A stretch of DNA of 64,000 bases from Dendrobates tinctorius (taxonomy: Eukaryota). Position 1 is the first letter of the stretch, and each line of letters opens with the position of its first letter. A program made the translations under genes and the position numbers. The notes under the pieces were generated by a model. That model saw only the letters and a program-made list of their open reading frames with translations, was not told the DNA's origin and searched no databases. This document shows positions 11,401 to 23,400 of the stretch, piece by piece. Where the stretch lies: positions 4,526,001-4,590,000 of the forward strand of contig NW_027361924.1 of NCBI RefSeq assembly GCF_039654945.1, given 5' to 3'.

Positions 11401-14400
11401 CAGATTTTTGGGGGGCAGATTTCCCCCTTTTATTCCATGTTACCAGGGCTGTGGAGTCTGTAAGCCAAACCTGCGACTCCGACTCCTCAATTTCCCTTAC
11501 ACCGACTCCAACTCCACGACTCCCACACATATTGCTTATATTTAAGTGAAAAATTTATTGTAGTACAATGTGAACATCAGACATTTAATAATTTCTATGA
11601 TCCAATAATCAAGATATTTAGATAGAACATAATATCTATTTATTGGAATTCAACTTTAGAACACAAAAAACTGTAATAAATTGTAATCACGTAATACTGT
11701 ATAATATTGATTACATATATACAGTACAGACCAAAAGTTTGGACACACCTTCTCATTCAAAGAGTTTTCTTTATTTTCATGACTATGAAAATTGTAGATT
11801 CACTCTGAAGGCATCAATACTATGAATTACCACATGTGGAATTATATAATTAACAAAAAAGTGTGAAACAACTGAAAATATGTCTTATATTCTAGATTCT
11901 TCAAAGTAGCCACCTTTTGCTTTGATTACTGTTTTGCACACTCTTGGTATTCTCTTGATGAGCTTCAAGAGGTAGTCACCAGAAATGGTCTTCCAACAGT
12001 CCTGAAGGAGTTCCCAGAGATGCTTAGCACTTGTTGGCCCTTTTGCCTTCACTCTGCGGTCCAGCTCACCCCAAACCATCTCGATTGGGTTCAGGTCTGG
12101 TGACTGTGGAGGCCAGGTCATCTGGCGTAGCACCCCATCACTCTCCTTCATGGTCAAATAGCCCTTACACAGCCTGGAGGTGTGTTTGGGGTCATTGTCC
12201 TGTTGAAAAATAAATGATGGTCCAACTAAACGCAAACCGGATGGAATAGCATGCCGCTGCAAGATGCTGTGGTAGCCATGCTGGTTCAGTATGCCTTCAG
12301 TTTTGAATAAATCCCCAACAGTGTCACCAGCAAAGCACCCCCACACCATCACACCTCCTCCTCCATGCTTCACGGTGGGAATCAGGCATGTAGAGTCCAT
12401 CCATTCACCTTTTCTGCGTCGCACAAAGACACGGTGGTTGGAACCAAAGATCTCAAATTTGGACTCATCAGACCAAAGCACAGATTTCCACTGGTCTAAT
12501 GTCCATTCCTTGTGTTCTTTAGCCCAAACAATTCTCTTCTGCTTGTTGCCTGTCCTTAGCAGTGGTTTCCTAGCAGCTATTTTACCATGAAGGCCTGCTG
12601 CACAAAGTCTCCTCTTAACAGTTTTTGTAGAGATGTGTCTGCTGCTAGAACTCTGTGTGGCATTGACCTGGTCTCTAATCTGAGCTGCTGTTAACCTGCG
12701 ATTTCTGAGGCTGGTGACTCGGATGAACTTATCCTCCGCAGCAGAGGTGACTCTTGGTCTTCCTTTCCTGGAGCGGTCCTCATGTGAGCCAGTTTCTTTG
12801 TAGCGCTTGATGGTTTTTGCCACTGCACTTGGGGACACTTTCAAAGTTTTCCCAATTTTTGGGACTGACTGACCTTAATTTCTTAAAGTAATGATGGCCA
12901 CTCGTTTTTCTTTACTCAGCTGCTTTTTTCTTGCCACAATACAAATTCTAACAGTCTATTCAGTAGGACTATCAGCTGTGTATCCACCAGACTTCTGCAC
13001 AACACAACTGATGGTCCCAACCTCATTTATAAGGCAAGAAATTCCACTTATTAAACCTGACAGGGCACACCTGTGAAGTGAAAACCATTTCCAGTGACTA
13101 CCTCTTGAAGCTCATCAAGAGAATGCCAAGAGTGTGCAAAGAAGTAATCAAAGCAAAAGGTGGCTACTTTGAAGCACCTAGAATATAAGACATACAGTAT
13201 TTTCAGTTGTTTCACACTTTTGTTAATTATATAATTCCACATGTGTTAATTCATAGTTTCGATGCCTTCAGAGTGAATCCACAATTTTCATAGTCATGAA
13301 AGTAAAGAAAACGCTTTGAATGAGCAGGTGTGTCCAAGCATTTGGTCCGTACTGTATATATACTCACATACACACACACTATGACTTATCTCGGCTAAGA
13401 TAAAGCCTAGATCCTCAGGCTACATTCACACTATGGGCGTAGCCAGGATCAAACCTGGGGGGGGGCAGAACCTCATACTGCATACCTCAGCTGCTGCAGA
13501 ACCTCATACTGCACACCCCTAGACTTGAAAATAAAGCCTTCACCTTAAGAAGATGTGGTGAATGCAGGCTATTTATTCCAACTATCAGTTGATGCTACTG
13601 AAGACGAGCAATGCCTGTCCTGGGCGTCCTTTTGGGCAGCTATGAGGTGTACCTCACTGGTGCTAAAAAAAAGGAGTGTTAGTCGGTGTGCTACCCGGCT
13701 TTCATTCTTTTTGGTACAGATATGATATGGATACAGATATGGATAAATGGATAGAGCAGATTTCTAATCTGCTTTTGCTATTGAAAACATTATCTATGAG
13801 CTCAAAAACCTTTCAGGTGATGCGGTTTTTTAAAAAGCTGATCGGCTTTTGCAGCTGAAAAACGTATCCTCAAAAAACGCAGGAAAAACGCTGTGTGTGA
13901 ATGTAGCCTTAGATCAGGAATAGAACAGTCATTTATAGGACATTTCATAACTTTCCCAAATTCCTATGAAAAAATATTCAGCACATTCTGCATTGAACTA
14001 CTGTACCCAATTTATTATATATTTTAGGAGTCGGTCCATTTTATACCGACTCCACCAAAATGAGCTCCGCCCCCACAGCCCTGCATGTTACATTCGGTTT
14101 TTGTTGCAGATTTCCCCCTTTACTTCCATGTTGCATGCGGATTTTGTGGTTGATTTCACCCTTTCCCTCAGTGTTGCATGTAGATTTTGTTTGAGGTTTC
14201 CCCCTCTGTATCTCTGTTACATGCGGATTTTGTGGCGGATTTCCACCTTTCCCTCCGTGTTACATGCGGATTTTGTTGTGAACTTGTTGCAGATTTCACC
14301 CTTTGTGCTTTAAATTTGGATTTTCACTGGAGAAATTCGTAGCAAATGTGAATCAAAATCTGCAGAATCCCTCACTGTTCTCCGAGTCCTGACTTGTCAC

Positions 14401-17400
14401 CAGTGCAGTGACGAGGGAAGGAAACCTGTGTGACTAACCCTATGTGAGCTGCAGTGGTGATGTGTTATAAGTAAGTGACCCCCTGAGGCTGTGTGCACAC
14501 GTTGCGGATTTGGCTGCGGATTTTTCCGCGCAGATTTAGCTGAATCCGCAGGTAAAATGACCTGCGTTTTTACACCTGCGTATTCCTATAATGGAAGAGG
14601 TGTAAAAACGCTGCGGAATCGGCACAAAGAATTGACATGCTGCCGATTCAAAACCGCAGCAAATCTGCACAGAGTTTTCCGCAGCATGTGCACAGCGGGT
14701 TTGGTTTTCCATAGGTTTACATGGTACTGTACACCGCATGGAAAACTGCTGCGGATCCGCAGCCAAATCCGCAGCGTGTGCACAGACGCTGACAGGGCGG
14801 AGCGGCAGGTGCTGCGCGGTGCAGCCTCTCCTGGCAGTGATGGATTCATTTCCTCACATTCAGATTTTCCGCATGAGATATCCTGATAAGTTGTACACAT
14901 CCGCAGCCCGCGCCGCTCTGCAGTGCCCCGCTGAGGAGCCGTTTATCTCTGGACACAACCTGCCCCTCATCTCACTGCATCTCCATACAGACCTGAGGGA
15001 CAGTACAGCTTAGTGCCGGAGCGTTATAAGGGTCTGGTCACATTTTTGTGTTTTTTTATTCCCTCCCTCAGTCCGGCTTCTGTAGGCTTCATTTATGTGT
15101 TTGTTCTATCTAGCAACGAATGAGAACTCTGCTTTTCATTTTTTCTTTTTAAAAGCTGCACCAAAATAAAAACTGCTCTGTGATTGGTTACTTGGGGAAC
15201 AAAAAATGTAAACGGTACTGTGATTGGTGGCTGTTCTGCTGTGGTAAAATGAAAGCTGCTTTGTGATTGGTCGCTACACTTCTGTGGTAAAACGAAAGCT
15301 GTCCTGTGACTGCTTCTCTGCTGTGGTAAAATGTAAATTGTACTGTTTGGTTCTGCTGTGGCGAAAATGACAGCTGCTCTTTGGTTGCTACACTGCTGTG
15401 GCAAAAATAACAGCTGCTCTGTGATTGGTGGCAAAAATGACAGCTGCTCTGTGATTAGTCACTACACTGCTGTGGTAAAATGACAGCTGCTCTGTGATTG
15501 GTTGCTACACTGTTGTGGTATAACGACAGCTGCTCTGTGATTGGTTGCTACATTGAAGTGCAAAAATGAAAACTACTCCGATTTGTTGCAATGGGCAGCT
15601 GCACTGTGATTGGTTGTTACACTGGTGTGGTAAAATGAAAACTCTGCTGTGGTTGGTTGACAATAAATGTTTCCTTCAGTCTATTTGGATAAATCTGCGC
15701 ATTTCTAGTAAATCCGGGTGAGGACCAATATGGCCGCCATTCCATCTCTTGTGGCGCTTATCGCTCAGCTTTCCTACAGATCCGCATAGTGTTTTGTAGG
15801 ACGGACGTGCAATGTGGTGATCACCCAGCTTTCCAAGAAGCAGATTAGTCTTTTTTGTGAGCGTTTGTTCTCTAGGAAACCGTCAGTATGGCTGCTTACG
15901 TCACCTGATTTTCCTCAATTTCCCTGATCAGTAAGAGCTGTCTATGCTTCACTTTCCTGGGTTTATCTGGTCTCCCATTGACAGAACTTGTCCGCCATGT
16001 TGGTTGTCACCCAGCTTTCCCAGGAGCAGATAAAGGACCCTTGCAGCAGGCGGTCGGAGCTGTGGCGCTGCCACTCCTGCCTTTGGCGCTTGCGGCGGCT
16101 GCTCTGGTGGTCGGGGGGCCCCCTTATTGCAGCTGCTGACGGTGCAGTTTCTGGGTGGAGCGACGCCGGATTGATGGCTTGGTTGGGACTCTGCTGACTC
16201 TGCAGTGTCCGCGCGTTTACTGCACAGATGTGCAGTGCTGCAGTGCGAGCCTCGTCTCCTGTGGATCCCTAGCGCACATCTGCAGCGTCTCCTCCAGGGA
16301 ACTCGGGGGTTAAACCGGCTGCAGCGGCGCCGAATGTAGCGTGCCAGCAGCATCCACGGGCGAGTAAATGAGGAGCCGCACGTCTCTGCCTCCCCAGGAC
16401 AGCCATGATCACTCTGTACTGGGTCCTGTCCACGCTGCGTCTCGCCTGGAGATATATCATCACCGCAGAGCTCCGAGCCACCGAGTGGAGGCCGCCGCAG
16501 CCGGCGCTGATGGGTGCGTTACAATAGAGGGGGGAGACCGACTGAGGGTAATGGGGCGACATAAGGGGACGTAGGAAATATGAATGGGGGTCTGGTAACA
16601 GGGATGTGCTTCTATAGGCAATTACTTAATGTAAATGGTAAGTCAACGCTTGAAAGAAGCGCTGCAGCAGCTTGGGCATGGTTGATGAAGTTCCATCCTT
16701 TGGAGGGCTTCCTCCTTTTTTTTTTTTTTTTTTCTCTTTCGGAAGGGTGTCATCTCTTATTTAAAAGGGGATCTTTTATTTAAAAAGATAGAAAAAAACA
16801 TCTCTGCTTGCTGTCAGTGAATTCTCTTTTTTTGAAAGCTGAAAAAAAAAAAGATTTTACCCAATGCAATCCCGTTCACACAGCTGCAGTTTGTCACAGT
16901 GTCTCAGTGAAGGCATTACCAATAATAAAGCAGCTGTACGAGACTCTTCCAGCCGCCCCCCGAACTTCAGATCTTAGGGGCTCTTACCTACAATGATACA
17001 TTGTAACGACACCAGAAGTTTTCAGTCTTTGGATTGTGGTTATTCCCATTCACTGACAGCAAGAGGGGATCTTGAAAAAGGCGGTGAATGAAATCATAAG
17101 AGTATTGGAAAGTTTTATTATAGAGCGGAGAACCCCTTTAATGTTTAACTGAATTTATTTTTCTGATGACATTTTGATTTGTGGGGGTTTGAGTGGCTCA
17201 CCCTCGAGACTTCCTTTTCCCTATTCACTGGGGGGGTTCTCGGCACCCGGACCCTCAAAAGATCAAAACTTCTGACATGTCAAAAGTTCTTCTGAAAGTT
17301 CAGGTTACAGTCAGGAAAAGTTGGGTTATGACCCCTGTGATGGCGGCCATATTGATTGTCATCACCAAACTTTTCCAGAAATAAATTAGTTTTTCTTTTT

Positions 17401-20400
17401 TTTTTTTTTTTTTTTTCTAACATATTTTTTATTTTTGTGTTTTGGCAGAAAAAGCCACAGATGGCTCCCTGCAGAGCGAAGACTGGACGCTGAACATGGA
17501 GATCTGTGACATAATCAACGAGACGGAGGAAGGGTGAGTTCAGCGCAGGGACCCTGCGGGTGAACTTCTCGCAGGTTCTGTGACACATTGGAGTCATTAC
17601 TGATCCAGAAAGGTTACATATATCTGTCGCCTCCATGCTGACGTCATCCAAACAGTCGCCTTAAGCACATGGTTCAGAATCAGAATTTTCATGAAAACCT
17701 GATTTATTGCATTTGATGGGGTGGTAGGTTAGAGGGAAGTTACCATAAAAAGAAAAAATTGGACCCCAAACTTTTTTCAGTACCCCCTGTTTTTTTGTTT
17801 TTTTTTCCCTTAGGCCAAAAGATGCAATTCGAGCCCTGAAGAAGAGGCTGAACGGGAACAAGAATTACAGAGAAGTGATGCTGGCGCTGACGGTACGCAA
17901 AGTTCTACAACTTTCTAACTTGCTTTGTGTTTCAATTACAAGATGCGCTGTACTCACCCTCCCTGGGTCCATCACTGAGTCTCTGCTGCTTCTCCCAGTG
18001 TCTGTAACTGACTGCAGCGTTAAGAGCACTGCAGCCAATCACTGAGCTCAGCGTCTCTATCCTGATAGATGGAGCACGCCCGCTCACTGATTTTTAGAGT
18101 GCTAGCAAAAGCTATGAGATTTCAGAAATGCACACTCTTGTTTTTTTTTTTTTTTTTTCCCTGATTGAGTTGGAAAACTGCAGCTTCATTTAAATCTGCA
18201 GCATGTCAATTCTTTTCACATGTTTGCAGGTTTTTTCACCCATAGAAAGCAATGAGAAAGTGAAAAAACGCTGCATTTCAGTGAATAAAACTAACTTTGT
18301 TATACTTGCACACGTATAATCCACACCCGAAATGCACTGAAAAAAAAACAAAACTGTGAAAGTGCTGAAAAATGGGTGTTTGGGAAAAAAAAAATCACTG
18401 CATGTGAACATAGTCTAAGAATGTCCCCATTTACTGATCGCAACCAAAGCTCTTAAAGACAGTAATAGGAATGCTAACGTCTCTTTTCTCCTTCGTCTCA
18501 TTGGGGGACACAGGTACTGTGGGGTGTATGCTACTGCCGTCTGGAGGCTGACACTAAGTATACAAAAAAAAAAGTTAGCTCCTCCTCCGCCGCATATACC
18601 CTCGCCCCGATTGCGGGCGGAAACCAGTTTTTTGCTTAGTGTCCTATGTAGGCACACACAGTCTGGATCTCTCCAGACAGGGGTGACGGATCCTATTGAA
18701 AGGCTCCGATCTCCCCAAACCATCAGCGGGCGAGCACGCGTTGAGTATCGCCTCCGCGGATCCTTTCCCGCACTGAGGGACATCTCTGGGACTTTTCACT
18801 GGACATCTATTTTTCTTTATTCTTTTTTATGAAGATTAGACAGGGGCAACGCATCCTATTGAAAACCATCAACGGGCGAGCACGTGCGAGTGTCCCTCCA
18901 CGTATCCTTTCCCGCAACGTGGGACATTATGCCAGACTTAGCCCTGTCCACCCCTAGGTATTGAAACCATGGGCATGCACAGAGGCACAAGACTAGTCTG
19001 TGCGGCCCCCACTGCTCCACCAACGCAAGACGGCGGTGCTGCATGGCGGCGGACGATCCCTCTCCTCGCCCCTGAAGGCAGACGGAGCTAGGGTGCCTGC
19101 ACCGTCCAAAAATGAATTACCCCAGGTGCTGCTACCCAGTGGCTGGAGAAGCAGGTATGGAGCTGGGGAAGGCCCTGGGCAGCGTTTGGCAGGGGGTCGC
19201 ACTATTAAATCCCCTGATGTTTGCCACTGGTTATCAGTGATATATTGTCGGGGCTAGGGCTGTGATTGGCAGTCTCCATTCCCCCCCTCTCCTCCTCCCT
19301 TCCCCTCCTCCCTCCCTGTACCTGCACGTGGCTGAGGAGAGCGGCATGAAAGACAGCAGGGCCGCGGATGTGGAGCACCGCCAGCGGAGGTGAAGGAGAG
19401 TGGAGACCGGCGGGGTAGTGGGGCCGTCAGCGCACGGGCGGGCGGTGACTAATTTAGCCCGCGGCTTCGGCCTAGGCCGCAGATGAAAGTTCCGCCTCCC
19501 CCACCCCCCCGCCCCGGCGTGACGTCATATCCGGCGCCGCCCCCCGTGGCTAGGGCAGGCGCCGGATAAATTGAGGCCCCGGCTTTTAGTACAGGGTAGG
19601 CCACGACCGGGAGAGCACCTCGCAGCCTGCCCAGAGGTGAAGGAGCGCATCGGAGCCAGACCCAGGAGCGCGGGGGGGGCACACAGGAGCAGGGTAAGTG
19701 CGACCCCGTCCCGGAGCCACACTACGCGCATTAAGGGGTTATCCTCCTCCTCTTCCTCCTTTCCCTTCAAATTTTCATAAATTGGCCTAATCAGCAATAT
19801 GTCTGGGAAAGGAAAAACGCACACGTTCCTTTATGCCGCATGCGTTTCCTGTGGGGTTATGTTCCCACGAGCGCAGACTATTAAGTTATGTGAAGCCTGT
19901 GACTCCGAACGCGCCCAGGAGCCCTCCCCTGCGACGGAGCCCAGGGGTCTGGATCCCCCCGGAATGGGCGTTATCACTCTCGCGGTCCATGGTTTCGCTT
20001 ACGAAGGCGATCGAGACCCTTCAGGCCCCGGATAGGGGCAGAGATGATGGCTCGCCTGTCTGGGAAGGTTCATCCACCTCACAGGAGCCTCCGACCTGCA
20101 GGGGCCGCACTCTCTCTAGGCAGACTCATAGGAATATAACCCACACTGCGTCTCCGGGCCCCTCCGGTGCTTCGGCATCCGTGAGTGCGGTATCTCATTC
20201 ACCGTCACCATTTTCCGGGAGCGAGCAGAGTTCAGGTTATGACGCGGAGGAATCCCTGGACCTGGATACCCCGGGGTGTCGGGAGACGGTAGACAGTCTC
20301 ATTGAAGCTGTCAATCAGACTTTGGTATTGAGGAGGATGTCTCCCTAACCTCAGGTCATAAGGTATCCTTTAAGAAGGCCAGGCGACCGCATAGAGTGTT

Positions 20401-23400
20401 TAGCACTCATCCAGAGTTCGAGGAAATAGTGCAGCGTCACAGGGAACGTCCAGACAAGCGTTTTTCGGGCCAAAAAACGCTAGCAATGAGATAACCGTGT
20501 GCACCAGAGCTCTGTAAGAGATTGGCGAAATCTCCGATTGTGGATCCCCCATTGTTACGCTTGGCCTCAAGAACTTTGTTGTCGGTGCCTAGTGTTTCTT
20601 CCATTAAAGACCCAACGGTCGGCTCAGAGAGAGTTTGGCCCGCTCGGTGTATGAGGCATCAGGATCAGCGCTCTCTCCTTCATTTGCGGCAACATGGGTA
20701 GCCAAGGCCATGATGTCATGGTCAGATTCTTTAAATAAGGTCCTACAGGATAGAGACCTGCCGACGGAAGTGTCTGAGATAGCAGGTCAGATTGCGATGG
20801 CGGGTGACTATTTAATCAATGCGTCCTTAGATGCGGCTAATTGCGCAACACTAGCGGCGGCGAATGCAATCGCCATTAGAAGAGCCCTGTGGTTAAGGCT
20901 ATGGCGGGCTGATTCGATTTCCAAGAAATCCTTGACTTCCCTGCCTTATCAGGGTAGCCGCCTGTTTTGGGGAAAAATTGGACAAACTCATCTCAGATGC
21001 TACGGGGGGAAAAAGCAGTTTTCTCCCACAGCAGAAAATTAAACTGCCATTTCGTCAGCCTCAGGCACGCTTTCGAGCATTTCGCTTCCCCGGGTGGATG
21101 GCAGCGGCCAGTTTTGCCGCCCCAGCTCGCTACAACCAAGACAAGGAGCGTCAGGTCACGTATAGAGCCATCCCGCTGGGCAGGATGCAAGGCCGCCCGC
21201 CCAGGTCGAGGGGGGGGGCCAGGTCCCAGAAGCCCTCAGACAAATGACTCGGGGCATCCGTTACCCGAGGACGGCAGAGTGGGCGGACATCTACTCCGGT
21301 TCCGCCACGTCTGGGTCGCGGTAGCACGCGACGCATGGGTGGCGGAATTAGTGTCGTCCGGGTGCAAAATAGAATTTGTCAGACATCCTCCAAGATGATT
21401 TTTTTCTTTCCCGGCTTCCCAAAGCGGAATCCCGGGCAGAGGCGTTGCTAGGGGCCATCAAGGTATTTCAGCGCAACGGGGTCATTGTCCCTGTACCAGA
21501 GTGCGAGAGAACTCAAGGTTTTTATTCCAACCTGTTCGCAGTTCCCAAGAAGGTCGGGACAGTAAGGCCGGTTCTGGACCTAAAGCTCCTGAACAGGTTC
21601 ATCAGAATCAGGCACTTTCAAATGGAATCTCTCCGTTCAGTCATATCGGCCATGGAGCAGGGAGAATACTTGGCCTCGATCGACGTCCAGGATGCTTACC
21701 TGCACGTCCCTATTTTTCCCCCGCATCAAAGGTTCCTACGTTTTGCAATCGATGGTTGGCATTTCGAATTTGTAGCTCTGCCTTTCGGGTTGGCCACCGC
21801 CCCCAGAGTGTTCACAAAGGTAATGGCTGTCGTCATGGCCATTCTACACTCTCGGGGCATAGTGGCTTTACCGTACTTAGACGACCTCTTGGTGAAAGGT
21901 CCGTCCTTTCGGGCATGCAAGGAAAATGTCAACATCACGCTGGATACCCTATCGCGCCTAGGATGGTTGGTCAACGGGAAAAAGTCATCCCTTGTCCCAG
22001 CTCAGAGGATTTCGTTCCTAGGGATGATTTTCAACACCTCCCGAGGGTTGGTAACTCTCCCTCAGTACAAGGCTCGAGCGCTCCGGCAGGGAGTTCGGAA
22101 ACTTCAACAACCAGGCCCTCACACCATTCGGTTCGGGATGAGGGTTCTAGGGAGGATGGTGGCGGCAATGGAAGCGATTCCGTTTGCCCAATTTCATCTT
22201 CGTCCCCTGCAGCATGCTCTCTTGACATCTTGGGACAGGAGTCCATTCACGCTTGATCATCAGTGCAGGTTGTCCTTTCGAGTCAGACGGTCACTGCAGT
22301 GGTGGACGCGCGCGACTCCTCTCTTCTTCAGGGGAAACCTTTTCCCCCAGATCAATGGTTGGTGATCACAACCAATGCGAGTCTTCTCGGTTGGGAAGCA
22401 GTTTTTCGCCATCACACAGCTCAGGGGCAATGGTCGCATCAGGAGGCACGCCTCCCGATCAACTTGCTGGAGATACGAGCCGTGCGGCTGGCACTGCAAC
22501 ATTTCCAGCACATTCTAGCAGGACATCCGGTCCGGATTCAATCGGACAACGCCACGGTAGTGGCGTACGTGAATCACCAGGGAGGCACGCGCAGCAGGGC
22601 AACCATGCGCGAGATAGCATGTACTAAGCTGGGCCGAGGGGAACCACTCGGTAATCTCAGCAGTCCACATACCAGGCGTGGAAAATTGGGCAGCGGACTT
22701 CCTAAGCTGGCAGGGTGTCGTGGCCGGGGAATGGTCCCTGCACCCCGAAGTCTTCCAGCAGATTGCCAATGGTGGGGGACACCGGACGTGGATCTGATGG
22801 CCTCCAGGGTAAACGCCAAAATGGCCGTGTTTGTCGTTCGGTCTCGAGACCCGCGAGCAATCGCAGTGGATGCGTTGGTCCTACCATGGAACCAGTTTCG
22901 GCTCCCATACCTGTTTCCCCCGCTGCCACTACTTCCGAGGGTCATCAGGAAAATCAAGACAGAGGGGGTTCTGGCAATTCTGCTGGCCCCAGACTGGCCC
23001 CATCGGGCATGGTACGCGGATCTAGTGCAGCTCCTCGCAGACGTTCCTTGGCGTCTGCCGGAACGACCAGACTTACTGTCTCAGGGGCCGATCTGCCACC
23101 CGAACTCAGGGGCCCTGTGTTTGACGGCATGGCCGTTGAATCTTGGATTCTGACCCAGGCGGGGTTTGGGCGTGAAGTGGTTGCTACAATGGTTAGCGCC
23201 CAGAAGCCTACCTCGGCGAGAATTTACCATCACACTTGGAAGGTTTTCTTTCGTTGGTGTCGAGAGGCACGGGGTTGCTCCACTATCCTTCTTGGTTCCC
23301 AACATCCTGGCTTTTCTTCAGTCAGGCCTAGACGCAGGATTGGCCCCGAGCTCCCTTAGGAGACAGATATCGGCCTTGTCTGTCCTCTTCCAGCGAAGGA

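Larger units (their letters stand above)
11444..14083. mobile_element. hAT-type non-autonomous element, copy 2 (longer; carries nested Tc1-like element)
   Basis: Same ends as 6749-7288 (CAGGGCTGTGG...CCACAGCCCTG); 8-bp TSD CATGTTAC at 11436-11443 and 14084-14091. Confidence 0.9.

Noticed and set aside
11885-12844. Intact active transposase
   Set aside because: The listed ORF begins at a TTG after an in-frame TAA; the likely true start is GTG, so the N-terminal DNA-binding region is lost.
15730-16580. GC/CpG-rich patch in TOM1L2 intron 1 as a possible gene or promoter
   Set aside because: No recognisable ORF or splice pattern; probably TE-derived, but I cannot assign a family.
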